Shown piece after piece: positions 1 through 9,606 of a stretch of DNA of 36,659 nucleotides. The position numbers and the translations under genes were made by a program. Within the stretch, counting starts at the first letter, position 1. Each line of letters starts with the position of its first letter. The stretch is from Bdellovibrionales bacterium (GTDB lineage Bacteria; Bdellovibrionota; Bdellovibrionia; Bdellovibrionales; UBA840), in NCBI GenBank assembly GCA_037969075.1, contig JBBKWS010000006.1:1-36659 (forward strand), in the 5' to 3' direction. Below the pieces are notes generated by a model, which saw only the letters and a list, made by a program, of their open reading frames with translations, was not told the origin of the DNA and ran no database searches.

Positions 1-573
1 AAAACCTTTTGGTTAGCTTTACTGCTTTCTTATATCATTGGTTTTAGTTTTGAAGGAATAGGTTTAGTGGCAGGTCCTCTGTTGACGGAGTCAGGTATTA
101 GTCACACAAGCATTTCCTACTTATTTGGTATTGCTACTCCTCTTAGTCTATCACTGGCCGCCATTTTTGGAGGGAGAAGATCCGATCAAGTCGGTCATAA
201 ACGGGGACTCAATGAAGCGCTCACCGGTATTTCTTTTTTTGTTTTAGTATTTGCGATCTGTGTTGGTTTAGATTTTAAATTCTTTTTACTTCCTGCCATC
301 GTTTGCATTTATATCGGAATAGGTTGGCTGACGACTAGTTTATACGCCCTTCTTATGGAAATATCAGATAAAAAATTAGCGGCCGTACAATTTAGTGCAT
401 TCATGGCAATGACAAACCTATGTGAGAGCACGTCCGGATTTTTTATGGGCTGGGGAATTACAAATATAGGTTATGTGAAATCATTTTTAGTATTACTAGC
501 GGTTTCGTGGTTTGGATTTTATTTAATCCAAAAAATATCTACCCAAGAGGTAAATGTTCCGAGTGTGCCTTAA
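1..573 (+). CDS. MFS transporter, AmpG-like (5' truncated by window edge)
   Basis: Frame is open from base 1 to TAA at 571-573. Several hydrophobic helices, an MFS loop-like motif GGRRSDQVGHK, and AmpG-like 'AAVQFSAFMAMTNL'. Confidence 0.75.
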   Translation, partial: KTFWLALLLSYIIGFSFEGIGLVAGPLLTESGISHTSISYLFGIATPLSLSLAAIFGGRRSDQVGHKRGLNEALTGISFFVLVFAICVGLDFKFFLLPAIVCIYIGIGWLTTSLYALLMEISDKKLAAVQFSAFMAMTNLCESTSGFFMGWGITNIGYVKSFLVLLAVSWFGFYLIQKISTQEVNVPSVP

Positions 574-633
574 ATTATACCTTTTTTAGTTATTCTTTAG
601 CTTTTTGATACTTCTTCAGGCTACAACATAATC

Positions 634-1887
634 ATGACTGATACAGAAGTTACTTTAACCGCCTGCCAAATCAAAGCTCTCGAGCTTTTAGAAACTGTAG
701 ATAATGTTTTTTTGACAGGTGTTGCCGGCTCTGGAAAATCTTTTTTACTGCAACATTATTTAAAAGATAAAGACTCAAAGGCCTATCCTGTAGTGGCAAG
801 TACGGGTGCCGCCGCTGTATTGATTAACGGAGTTACGTTTCATAGTTTTTTCTCTCTTGGTATTATGGAGGGCGGGCTTGATAAAACTATCGTGCGTGCG
901 CTGAAAGATAAGCGAGTAAAAAAACGTTTAAAAAAAGTTAAAGCACTCATTATTGATGAAGTAAGCATGATTTCTGGGGTGACCCTACAGGCAGCCGAGA
1001 CGATTGCACGATTAGCTCGTGAGTCCACAGCTCCTTGGGGCGGAATAAAAATAATTGCCGTGGGTGATTTTGGTCAATTACCACCGGTGAGTTTTGGTTC
1101 TCGCCCAAAAGATTGGGCCTTTCAATCTCCAACGTGGAAAAATAGCGAATTTAAAATTGCGTACCTTAATACCGTTATGCGCTCTAAAGAAGAGTCGTTT
1201 TTGCAGGTGCTGAACTACATTCGAAACGGCCAAGTAAATGATATAGTAACAAAATTTTTAGATTCAAAAGTTAGAAAGCCTGACAGTAGCTTCGCGGGCA
1301 CAATTTTGTTTCCACATCGTCAATCCGTTGAGGACTACAACTTAAAAGAGCTAGCGAATCTTCCAGGTGATGTGATGACGTTTAAAACAGAATACGTCGG
1401 AAACGCAAAATTTTTAGAAGCTATGAAAAAAGCATCTCCTGTGCCAGAGATTTTACAAATTAAAATTGGTGCATTAGTAATGATCCGCAAAAACGATCCA
1501 ATGCTTAATTACGTCAATGGAAGCTTGGGTAATGTGAAATCAGCTAAGGTTGGGGAGTTAAAAATAAAACTCTTAAGTGGTAAGACGATTACCTTAGAGC
1601 CTGAATCATTTTCTTATATGAATGCAGAGGGCGAAGTGGTGTCTAGCGCCCAAAATTTTCCGATCAATTTAGCTTGGGCCACTACGATTCATAAATCACA
1701 AGGTGTTACTTTAGATGCGGCCACGATGGATTTATCCCGTGTATTTGAAGCAGGACAAGCTTATGTTGCTTTAAGCCGGGTTAGATCAGCAGATTCATTG
1801 TTTATTTCTTCTTGGCGCCCACAAGCTATTCAAGCTTCAAAAGAAGTGGCTATGTTTCATGCAGAAATATTAAAAGAGTCAAACTGA
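634..1887 (+). CDS. Pif1-family SF1B DNA helicase
   Basis: Walker A GVAGSGKS, Walker B IIDEVSM, GDFGQLPPV, FPINLAWATTIHKSQG and GQAYVALSR, in the order typical of Pif1-like helicases. Confidence 0.92.
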   Translation: MTDTEVTLTACQIKALELLETVDNVFLTGVAGSGKSFLLQHYLKDKDSKAYPVVASTGAAAVLINGVTFHSFFSLGIMEGGLDKTIVRALKDKRVKKRLKKVKALIIDEVSMISGVTLQAAETIARLARESTAPWGGIKIIAVGDFGQLPPVSFGSRPKDWAFQSPTWKNSEFKIAYLNTVMRSKEESFLQVLNYIRNGQVNDIVTKFLDSKVRKPDSSFAGTILFPHRQSVEDYNLKELANLPGDVMTFKTEYVGNAKFLEAMKKASPVPEILQIKIGALVMIRKNDPMLNYVNGSLGNVKSAKVGELKIKLLSGKTITLEPESFSYMNAEGEVVSSAQNFPINLAWATTIHKSQGVTLDAATMDLSRVFEAGQAYVALSRVRSADSLFISSWRPQAIQASKEVAMFHAEILKESN

Positions 1888-1931
1888 CACCAGTTTTTTG
1901 CCTCTTTTTGAAATTTTCACTCACAAGATTG

Positions 1932-1959
1932 TAGACACTTTATAAAAAAACAATACACT
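1932..1959 (+). promoter_or_regulatory. Putative sigma70 promoter for the metallopeptidase
   Basis: TAGACA(1932-1937)-N16-TACACT(1954-1959), followed by SD-like AAGGGGGAG before ATG 1981. Confidence 0.4.
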
Positions 1960-1980
1960 CCAGCCACGACAAGGGGGAGT

Positions 1981-4326
1981 ATGACTCATTTCTGTAACTC
2001 ACAAATATCTAAAATCATTTTATCACTTTTTATCTTAGGTTTTGCTATTCCATCACAAGCTGAGATTAGGGGTTTGCGTTGGACAGGAACAGAGGTTGAA
2101 AGTACAAGTCTACATACCCTAGTAGCAAAAATTAATACTTCACTTGGCACAAGTCTTAGAACTACAGACTTTGTACTGTTCGAAGATAGAAGTTTGGCAA
2201 CTAGCCAATTTCAAATGTATGTACAAGCGATTGCGGGCATTCCTATTAGATCCGCTTCCATTCGCACGTGGACAGACACTACTAATAATACAGCTATTCA
2301 AGTAGAGGCTTTTATCGAAGTAAAAGCGAGCGAGCAATTAGCCCGTCTTAAACAAAAAGGTGTGGATACTGTACTTAGCTCACTAGTTCCGAAACTTGCC
2401 AGAAACGAAGTGATGGAAATTGTTCGTACAGCTATTAAGAATGATAGTAACGACAATCAAGTTAGATCTATTAAAGCCAACGATGTATGGGAAAATGGTA
2501 AACTAGTTCGTTTAGTAAGCGTTAAATCACGTCGTGGAAACCATGAATTTAAAGTAGATTTATCTAGCCTAAGAGTATTAGAACATATTTATAATGAATT
2601 CCCGCAAGCTGACCAAGAGTTTTCAGTGCCAGCAAAAGTCTTTCCTGTGTACGAAGAGACAGAGGGAATGGTTCGTCAAAAACAAATCGATGCTGAGCTA
2701 AAATACATCAATGCAAGAGTTCCATTAGTAACAAGTGATTCTTATGCTGATCTACGTAAACGCCGCTATTTAGACGGAGAATATAACGAGCTATTAGGGA
2801 TGCTACCTATTGGACAAGCAAATGGCTTTTGGTCATCAACGTATGTTAGAGAGCAGGGTTTAAAAATTCTTAAAGCCCTTCCAATTACTGAAAACTCTTT
2901 TGAAAATGGTGGGGTGATGTTATCTGGTCGTTATGTAACGATTAGTTTACATCCAGACGCAGTAAAAAAATATACAAACCTAAACTTTGAGCCAATGCCA
3001 GCAGCACCACTGCGTTTTGATTGGGCCGAGACAGAGATTGATGGTCAGATGACTTACGAAATGACTCCGCATACTGGCTTCACAGGCATGCCTTTGAAAT
3101 CTATGACGGATGCTATGAACCGACCAGCTACTCGCGATGCAAACCATAACCCAGAAACTTATATTAATGAAGGTTTTGATGAGGTTCAGGTTTATTACGC
3201 GGTAACAACTTTGTTTGAGTCGCTTATATCAATGGGCTTTACAGATCCTGATTTGTCTACTCGTCCATTTAACGCGTTTTTATATGATCCAGATATCTCG
3301 ATGAAGAACAATGCGTATTACACAGAAGATACAATCAACTTCACAACGTACTCTGATGATCAACAAAACTACGCAAGAGATAACTCTACCATTTGGCATG
3401 AGCTTGGACATGGTGTAATGGATCGTTTAATGGGAGATCAAATTAGATTGGCCGACACTGGTGGGTTAAGTGAAGGTATGGCTGACTTTTTAGCTGCTCT
3501 AGTTTTAGCAGATGTAATGTACGATCAAACTTATGATGGATGGGATCAATTTAGAATTATTAATCAAACAGGTTTTAATTTAACAAACGAAGTTCACGAT
3601 GACGGTGAAGCATACGGTGGAGCATTAAAAGATCTATTAGATGCCGCTGTGGCATCAGAGGGTAGAGTCGGTCTTCATAAAGTAACGGATCTAACATTAG
3701 AAGCAATGCGCTTAACAAGAAATCACCCAGGGCTTACTGCAAGTGGATGGTTTTCTCATATGTTATTTGCGGATGAAATTGGTCGTGCCGGAGTACGTGC
3801 GCCCGGTGAATTGAAAGATATAATTATGGCGGCTCTTAATGGTCGTAATTTTAGCTTAGATGGTAAAAAAGTTGCTTCATTTTCTTTAAAAAATAAGAAA
3901 CAAGAAGTTGATCCAAGAACGCCAGGCTCTAGACAAAGTCCTTTACCAGTAGTGATATCTGAAAATCAAACAGCCACTTATAATCTTAGTGTGCAGATGA
4001 TTGATAGTGATGTGTATAAATTTAAATATCCATTACAAGTAAAGGTACAACTGCAAAAAGGACCTATTCAAGGTGCGATTCATTGGGTAGGCGAAGCGGT
4101 TGAAGACATAGTTTACACTATCGAAAAAGCGGGTGACATACTGCCAGTTAATCTAACAATTACTGGCAAGTGTGATGAAGTAAATAGAGAAGATGGCTCA
4201 TGTGTAGATTATGCATACATTAAAGTGTATAACAACGGTTCGCTGGATAAGCCGGTAGCTAAAAAACGTTTTTATCTGCAGCTAAAAGCTACAAAAGATT
4301 TACAACAGCAACTGACTACAAATTAA
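1981..4326 (+). CDS. Secreted zinc metallopeptidase (M36 fungalysin/M4 thermolysin-like gluzincin) with propeptide and C-terminal extension
   Basis: Signal peptide, NNAYY, HELGH (HExxH), GGLSEGMADF third-ligand motif, and EVHDDGE. Confidence 0.88.
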   Translation: MTHFCNSQISKIILSLFILGFAIPSQAEIRGLRWTGTEVESTSLHTLVAKINTSLGTSLRTTDFVLFEDRSLATSQFQMYVQAIAGIPIRSASIRTWTDTTNNTAIQVEAFIEVKASEQLARLKQKGVDTVLSSLVPKLARNEVMEIVRTAIKNDSNDNQVRSIKANDVWENGKLVRLVSVKSRRGNHEFKVDLSSLRVLEHIYNEFPQADQEFSVPAKVFPVYEETEGMVRQKQIDAELKYINARVPLVTSDSYADLRKRRYLDGEYNELLGMLPIGQANGFWSSTYVREQGLKILKALPITENSFENGGVMLSGRYVTISLHPDAVKKYTNLNFEPMPAAPLRFDWAETEIDGQMTYEMTPHTGFTGMPLKSMTDAMNRPATRDANHNPETYINEGFDEVQVYYAVTTLFESLISMGFTDPDLSTRPFNAFLYDPDISMKNNAYYTEDTINFTTYSDDQQNYARDNSTIWHELGHGVMDRLMGDQIRLADTGGLSEGMADFLAALVLADVMYDQTYDGWDQFRIINQTGFNLTNEVHDDGEAYGGALKDLLDAAVASEGRVGLHKVTDLTLEAMRLTRNHPGLTASGWFSHMLFADEIGRAGVRAPGELKDIIMAALNGRNFSLDGKKVASFSLKNKKQEVDPRTPGSRQSPLPVVISENQTATYNLSVQMIDSDVYKFKYPLQVKVQLQKGPIQGAIHWVGEAVEDIVYTIEKAGDILPVNLTITGKCDEVNREDGSCVDYAYIKVYNNGSLDKPVAKKRFYLQLKATKDLQQQLTTN

Positions 4327-4333
4327 TATTCTA

Positions 4334-4369
4334 CAAAGTAAGTGTGAAGAAAATATCACACTTACTTTG
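4334..4369. terminator. Perfect 14-bp inverted repeat after the peptidase gene; probable terminator or stability hairpin
   Basis: CAAAGTAAGTGTGA-N8-TCACACTTACTTTG, starting 8 nt after the stop codon. Confidence 0.6.
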
Positions 4370-4468
4370 CTCCTCAGGCTATCCCCTTTCAATTAGATAC
4401 TGACTCTTCTTCATAACGTAATATAATCATTTTTGAATTTGATTAGAAACACTAGTAAAGGAGTGAGT

Positions 4469-4951
4469 ATGAAATCAATTTTAATAGCAACAGTTCTACT
4501 TTTCACAACGGCAGCAATGTCAGCAGAAGATGGCAATCACGTACGTGGTATTTTAGGATTTTCATCGGGTGAGATTAACATCGGCGCTGATTATGAAAAT
4601 CGAAATGATAATCTCGGATATGGTGGATACTTTTTATTTTCAGGTGATGATGAAGATACTGGAAAAAATAGCATATTTGCGATAGGTGCGATGGCAGCTG
4701 TTCACTTCTTAAATACATCAAAAGTTGATGTGTATGTTGCTCCTGGTTTCGGAGTAGCAAAAGTTGAAGAACCAGGTGCTGGCGGAGACGATGAAACAAC
4801 GTTTGGACCTATTATGAAAGTCGGTGTTGAATATGCTATCAACGATAAGGCAACGGTAGGATTACAGCACTTGTTTATCTATAACTGGATGTCAGATGAA
4901 GTAGCTGATAGTGCATCATTTTTAAACGCTGCCGTAACATTTGTATTTTAA
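4469..4951 (+). CDS. Small outer-membrane beta-barrel protein (OmpA/OmpW-like 8-strand type)
   Basis: ATG 4469 follows SD AAGGAG, so the TTG start at 4433 in the ORF track is unlikely. Signal peptide, alternating beta-strands, C-terminal Phe (VTFVF). Confidence 0.8.
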   Translation: MKSILIATVLLFTTAAMSAEDGNHVRGILGFSSGEINIGADYENRNDNLGYGGYFLFSGDDEDTGKNSIFAIGAMAAVHFLNTSKVDVYVAPGFGVAKVEEPGAGGDDETTFGPIMKVGVEYAINDKATVGLQHLFIYNWMSDEVADSASFLNAAVTFVF

Positions 4952-4966
4952 ATTAATATTAGATTG

Positions 4967-4993
4967 TCGAGGCTGAGTTCAAATCGGCCTCGA
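4967..4993 (+). terminator. Stem-loop downstream of the OMP gene
   Basis: TCGAGGCTGA-N7-TCGGCCTCGA, a 10-bp stem with one G-U pair. The U-tract is weak. Confidence 0.5.
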
Positions 4994-5096
4994 TCTTGTA
5001 GACCATAGTCTGACTTACTATAAAGACATCTAAAATATCTTCAAGCTTAGCCCTAAGTCCATCCGATTTTCATAAGAATATTCCGTTACTATATGT

Positions 5097-6671
5097 ATGA
5101 AAAATATAATATTTTTATTGCCGTTTGTGCTAATTGCTTGTGACCAAGGTGCTATTGATGCTTTAAAAGTTGGCGAAGGCAAATTTGATTGCAAACCCAC
5201 GATTAAGACAGAAACAGTTCAAAAAAGTAAGTTTATCAATGCTTATGAACGAACAGGTAAAAAAGTAATTCTTACAACTATTACCAGTCAGCAAGATATC
5301 TTGCCTAAAGACTTTCAACTAAGCGTGTTGCTAGATAGAGAGTGTGTGTCGCGCGTATCAGGACTTTCATTTTTAACCAAAGATTTTAAAAAGTTACCAA
5401 AAAAAGATTTTAAAAAATTCACGAAAATTGAGGCGTATACAGTTAAGCTCCCTGTAGCAATTTCTAAAACTGATCTTGAAAAAATAGCTGCTGGCGACTC
5501 ATGCGTAAAAGGTGTTACGGAAGAAAATTTTATTGAACCGCAGTCAGTACCTAATGACCCATTGTTTAGCTTACAATCATACATGCCATCTATTCGGTAT
5601 ACTGAAATCTATGATGATGTTTTTACTTCTAGTAAAAAAATAGTTGGCGAATATATAGTAGCTGTTATTGATACAGGATTTTTATTAACTCATCCAGATT
5701 TAGTGAATCGGTATTGGACGAATCCAGGAGAAATTGCCGGTAACGGTATTGATGATGACAACAATGGTGTGATTGATGACATTCATGGAGCTAACCAAAA
5801 TGCTATACCTCCGTTTGGAGATCCAAGTAGTGGTAATTACGCTCAGCATGGGACGCATGTTGCTGGCTTTATTGGAGCTGAAGTAAATAACTCAGAGGGT
5901 ATCAGTGGTATAATGGGTTTAAATGCCAAGATTATGGGGATTAATGCGTGGCCATATTTGGTTGGGATAGGCGGCGGAAGTGCTCCGATGTCAGTGATTG
6001 ATAGAGCCATCAGATATGCAGTAGATAACGGTGCAAGAGTTATTAATATCTCGATGCAAGGCGAGGGGTATAATCCTAATATTGAAGATGCGATGAACTA
6101 TGCAGCGCAAAGAGATGTAGTTGTAGTAGTGGCTGCAGGAAATCATAATGCAGAAATAGGTGATACTCATAGAATTGGGATTCCTGCTATTTATTCTAAA
6201 GGAATTGCAGGAGCTATTTCGGTTGCCGCTACTAATTCTGCTAATGGTAATACTTCACCAGGTATATGTATCTTTTCTAACTATTCTGATAGTTATGTAG
6301 AGATTGGAGCTCCTGGTTGCGATCTAAATACTCCTACAAACTATGGCGGTAGTGGGGTGCTATCTTGTGTTCCTACCACTACCGATGCTTCGGGCTATGG
6401 CTATATACAAGGTACATCAATGGCATCTCCCATTGTAGCTGCTGGCGCCATCTATACTTACGCTATTTTAAAAGAGCTTGCAGGATTGAATCCAACGGCT
6501 GCGTTAGTAGAAGAGGTTATGAAAAATGGATCTACTATTAATCCAAATCTTGTAGGTAAAACTCTGAATGCTAAGCATTTAGATCTAAAGGGTATATATG
6601 ATTATGTACAAGCTACATACATCAACCCAATAACAGATCCAGGTGATCCCGAACCACCTTGCGTACCTTAG
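5097..6671 (+). CDS. S8 subtilisin-like serine protease, lipoprotein
   Basis: Lipobox LIAC. Catalytic triad motifs VIDTG, HGTHVAG and GTSMASP, oxyanion AAGN, acidic GNGIDDDNNG insert, Pro-rich tail. Confidence 0.92.
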   Translation: MKNIIFLLPFVLIACDQGAIDALKVGEGKFDCKPTIKTETVQKSKFINAYERTGKKVILTTITSQQDILPKDFQLSVLLDRECVSRVSGLSFLTKDFKKLPKKDFKKFTKIEAYTVKLPVAISKTDLEKIAAGDSCVKGVTEENFIEPQSVPNDPLFSLQSYMPSIRYTEIYDDVFTSSKKIVGEYIVAVIDTGFLLTHPDLVNRYWTNPGEIAGNGIDDDNNGVIDDIHGANQNAIPPFGDPSSGNYAQHGTHVAGFIGAEVNNSEGISGIMGLNAKIMGINAWPYLVGIGGGSAPMSVIDRAIRYAVDNGARVINISMQGEGYNPNIEDAMNYAAQRDVVVVVAAGNHNAEIGDTHRIGIPAIYSKGIAGAISVAATNSANGNTSPGICIFSNYSDSYVEIGAPGCDLNTPTNYGGSGVLSCVPTTTDASGYGYIQGTSMASPIVAAGAIYTYAILKELAGLNPTAALVEEVMKNGSTINPNLVGKTLNAKHLDLKGIYDYVQATYINPITDPGDPEPPCVP

Positions 6672-7216
6672 TGCTTGTTTTTATTAAACAGACTGGATAG
6701 CAAGGTATCTAATTTATCGTTATGACAAATTAGCTCCATATGTTTTGATGAGACAAAGCCTTCTTTCTCAACCTTCTTAATAAATTGAATCAAATGATCG
6801 TAATAAGCGGCAATGTTCCAAAGCCCGATAGGTTTTTGATGAAGTTGTAATTGAGCCCAAGTGACTATTTCAAAAAGCTCATCCATAGTACCAAAGCCGC
6901 CCGGCATCGCTAAAAATGCATCTGAGATATCTGCCATGACAGCTTTTCTTTCATGCATGCTATTTACAATCTTTAATTCTGTAAGGCCGGGGTGCGCGAC
7001 TTCAAGGTCAACAATGTGCTTTGGTATAACCCCTATAACTTCTCCACCGCTTTCTAAGCATGCATTAGCTAGCTGCCCCATAAGACCAATGCTCGCTCCA
7101 CCGTAAACAAGGCGGATTTGATTTTGAGCGCAGTATCTTCCTAAATAAGTCGCCATTTCAAGATAAGCAGGGTTATTGCCATTTTTAGAGCCACAGTATA
7201 CGCACAAATTTTTCAT
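6668..7216 (-). CDS. LOG family nucleotide 5'-monophosphate phosphoribohydrolase
   Basis: CVYCGS, LVYGG..GLMG, MHERK and PGGFGTMDE (PGGxGTxxE). Start moved to ATG 7216 (MKNLCVYCGS), the typical family N-terminus. Confidence 0.92.
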   Translation of the reverse strand: MKNLCVYCGSKNGNNPAYLEMATYLGRYCAQNQIRLVYGGASIGLMGQLANACLESGGEVIGVIPKHIVDLEVAHPGLTELKIVNSMHERKAVMADISDAFLAMPGGFGTMDELFEIVTWAQLQLHQKPIGLWNIAAYYDHLIQFIKKVEKEGFVSSKHMELICHNDKLDTLLSSLFNKNKH

Positions 7217-7348
7217 AATTTGAGGTAGCAAAATTCCCACGTAATGAAAAGACTTAATTCGCACGAGATCTATAACGCGCCATAATAGATAGGCTTTACT
7301 GTAAAGAAAATTCTCTTTAGACTGTCCTTACTTCATGAGGAGGTATTT

Positions 7349-7741
7349 ATGAAATGGATTTTTACGGTACTACTATTTGTTAGTTTTAATGCGCACGCGC
7401 AGCTAAGTGCGAGCCCAAGTTTTGTTAATTTTGGCGATGTGAGTGTTGATAATGGATTTGGTCGTCGCACTAGTGTTAACGTATACAGTAACAGCAATGA
7501 GCAGAATACAGTTTTTGTGAATAACTCTTGTTTTGGTGCATTTTATACCACCAACAATTGTTATACTTTGATGCCTTATGGTTCATGTACTATTCAAATA
7601 GAGTACCGCCCAAGACACGAGGGTTATGACTCTTGTAATATTAATATCAACGGTAATCGTGGTGGTTATGCTTCAGTTAGTGTAAGAGGCCGTGGGGTTG
7701 ATACGCTTGCTAATGAAGTTGATGGTCCATACGCTGAGTAA
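7349..7741 (+). CDS. Secreted single Ig-like (choice-of-anchor D/ASH-like) domain protein
   Basis: SD GAGGAGG, signal peptide ending AHA, 'SPSFVNFGDV' and 'LMPYGSCTIQIEYRP..G' patterns. Confidence 0.6.
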   Translation: MKWIFTVLLFVSFNAHAQLSASPSFVNFGDVSVDNGFGRRTSVNVYSNSNEQNTVFVNNSCFGAFYTTNNCYTLMPYGSCTIQIEYRPRHEGYDSCNININGNRGGYASVSVRGRGVDTLANEVDGPYAE

Positions 7742-8658
7742 TGCTGTCTTTACTTTTTGCTATACCAATTTTTGCTGCTACTTGTGCTAAATGGAATATA
7801 GCTACAGAAATTGGTTTGCTTCCTCACAAAGAAATTAGTGAATCAAGTGGGTTGCAGATCAGTAAAAAAATAAAAGATCGTCTATATCATGTAAATGACT
7901 CGGGGGATGGCCCATTCTTTTACATTACTAATTACCAGGGTAAAAACCTTAAAACCATTAAGGTCGAAAATTTTTATCCTGTGGACGTCGAAGAGCTCAC
8001 TATAGCTAGTTATGATAATACAGATTACATAGTCATTGCGGATACAGGTGATAATCTACATATAAGAGACTCTGTAGCACTGTATTTTATCGAAGAAAAA
8101 GAATCCTATCCAGATAAGGTCTTTCCTTCACATATCATGAATATAAAGTACCCTAAGGGAGAGAAAAAAAATGTCGAAGCTCTTGCTTACCATCCCTCTG
8201 GTGACATCTATATTTTTTCAAAAGAAGAAAATATAAGAGCAGCAAAAGCCTTTCCACTTTCTATCTTTAAAATAAAAAAAGAGGCATTTTCTCTTAGGCA
8301 AAAAGAAGTAGTTGCTGAGTTTGTCGGAATGCTAGATTTACCTAGCTTACAGCCCAATGAAAATTGGCTTGGGCAGATTGCAACCGGCCTAGATATTGAT
8401 GAAGGTGGTAATTGGCTGCTGCTTACTTATAAAAGAGCTATATATTCAACCTTGGACTTAACTAAAAGTTTACCAAAGGCTACTAGTTGGAAGTTGGGGC
8501 GGGATTACATGGCTATTGATCTGCTAGATTACCCGCAGCAAGAGGCTATTAGCTTTATACCAACAAAGAGCGCTTTTGTGTTTTCTACAGAATACAAAAA
8601 AAAATATCAAAAAGCTCCGCTAGCGAGGGTAGATTGCGCGCTTTCTTTGAAGCAGTAA
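7741..8658 (+). CDS. Secreted beta-propeller protein of unknown function
   Basis: TAATG coupling to the upstream gene, signal peptide, blade-like motifs ESSGL, NDSGD, DVEEL, IADTGDN and QQEAI. Confidence 0.6.
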   Translation: MLSLLFAIPIFAATCAKWNIATEIGLLPHKEISESSGLQISKKIKDRLYHVNDSGDGPFFYITNYQGKNLKTIKVENFYPVDVEELTIASYDNTDYIVIADTGDNLHIRDSVALYFIEEKESYPDKVFPSHIMNIKYPKGEKKNVEALAYHPSGDIYIFSKEENIRAAKAFPLSIFKIKKEAFSLRQKEVVAEFVGMLDLPSLQPNENWLGQIATGLDIDEGGNWLLLTYKRAIYSTLDLTKSLPKATSWKLGRDYMAIDLLDYPQQEAISFIPTKSAFVFSTEYKKKYQKAPLARVDCALSLKQ

Positions 8659-9390
8659 GAAAATAATTGATCCAAAAACCATAAGTAGGCATAAGTATTG
8701 ACCAAGGCTTAGGCCCGCAAAATAACCTAAATGTCTATCGGCTTCGCGGGTAAACTCAGTAAAGAACCTAAAAAGACCATAAAATAGAATAAAGCCAATG
8801 ATGGGAGAAATTTTAAATCTTGTTTTCCATAGGCATAAAAACAAAAGTGGCCCCTCTAATATAGCTTCATAAATCTGTGATGGATGCCTAGGAAGTAGAT
8901 CTGCTTTTGGAAATACCATTGCCCATGGCACGCTGGTGGTCGTGCCCCAAAGCTCGCCGTTGATAAAATTTCCTATTCTACCAAGGAATAAGGCAATAGG
9001 TAAAAATATCAGCACGGCACGTCCATATTCATAAATGGGTGTGTTCATATACCTTTTTAATGCAAATGCTGTAAGTATACAAAATAAGAAAGCACCGTGA
9101 AAACTCATACCACCGTACCAAATTTGCAAGATGCTATCTGGTTGTTCAATGAGTAGGGCTGGTTGATAAAACAAAAAATACCCTAATCTTCCGCCGATAA
9201 TGACAGAGAGCCAAATGATTACTGCGAAATCCACAAAGTTCTTTTTATTATAATCATTCTTTGTTTTATTTAAGTAACGACTTGATAAAGCATAGACAAT
9301 AAAAAATCCTACAGGATAGAAAACCCAATACCAGGCAATAGGATAATCAAATAATGTAAAGGCTATGGGGTTAATATCATGCTGGTACAT
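8620..9390 (-). CDS. lgt: Prolipoprotein diacylglyceryl transferase
   Basis: GGRLGY, GGMSFHG, GRIGNFINGELWG, RHPSQIYE and RFFTEFTRE. Confidence 0.96.
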   Translation of the reverse strand: MYQHDINPIAFTLFDYPIAWYWVFYPVGFFIVYALSSRYLNKTKNDYNKKNFVDFAVIIWLSVIIGGRLGYFLFYQPALLIEQPDSILQIWYGGMSFHGAFLFCILTAFALKRYMNTPIYEYGRAVLIFLPIALFLGRIGNFINGELWGTTTSVPWAMVFPKADLLPRHPSQIYEAILEGPLLFLCLWKTRFKISPIIGFILFYGLFRFFTEFTREADRHLGYFAGLSLGQYLCLLMVFGSIIFLLLQRKRAIYPR

Positions 9391-9606
9391 ACGTTTAGGA
9401 TCGCAAGACTTTGATGGAAGTACAATACATGAGTTTCTGCAGCAAATCCGAAGTAGTCTCTATTAGAATAAAAAATGTACTGATTTTGTGCAGTTTTTTT
9501 GATAAAAGGGGCGTCTAGGTAATCATTTTAGGTGATGTATAGTTCTTTGACAGGAGGGAGTGATAAAAAACTGGTTCTTCAATAAAAAGTCTATTATTCT
9601 CCGCTC

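Noticed and set aside
4343..4360. CRP-like site TGTGA...TCACA
   Set aside because: The spacer is 8 nt, not 6, and it is part of a longer 14-bp stem just after a stop codon, so an RNA hairpin explains it better.
5041..5069. Possible sigma28 promoter TCAA-N17-TCCGATTT before the lipoprotein subtilase
   Set aside because: Both boxes are degenerate and the spacing differs from the other three sites.
5379..5420. Short near-repeat encoding KDFKKLPKKDFKKF
   Set aside because: A two-copy in-frame micro-duplication in the protease prodomain, not an array or phase-variable tract.
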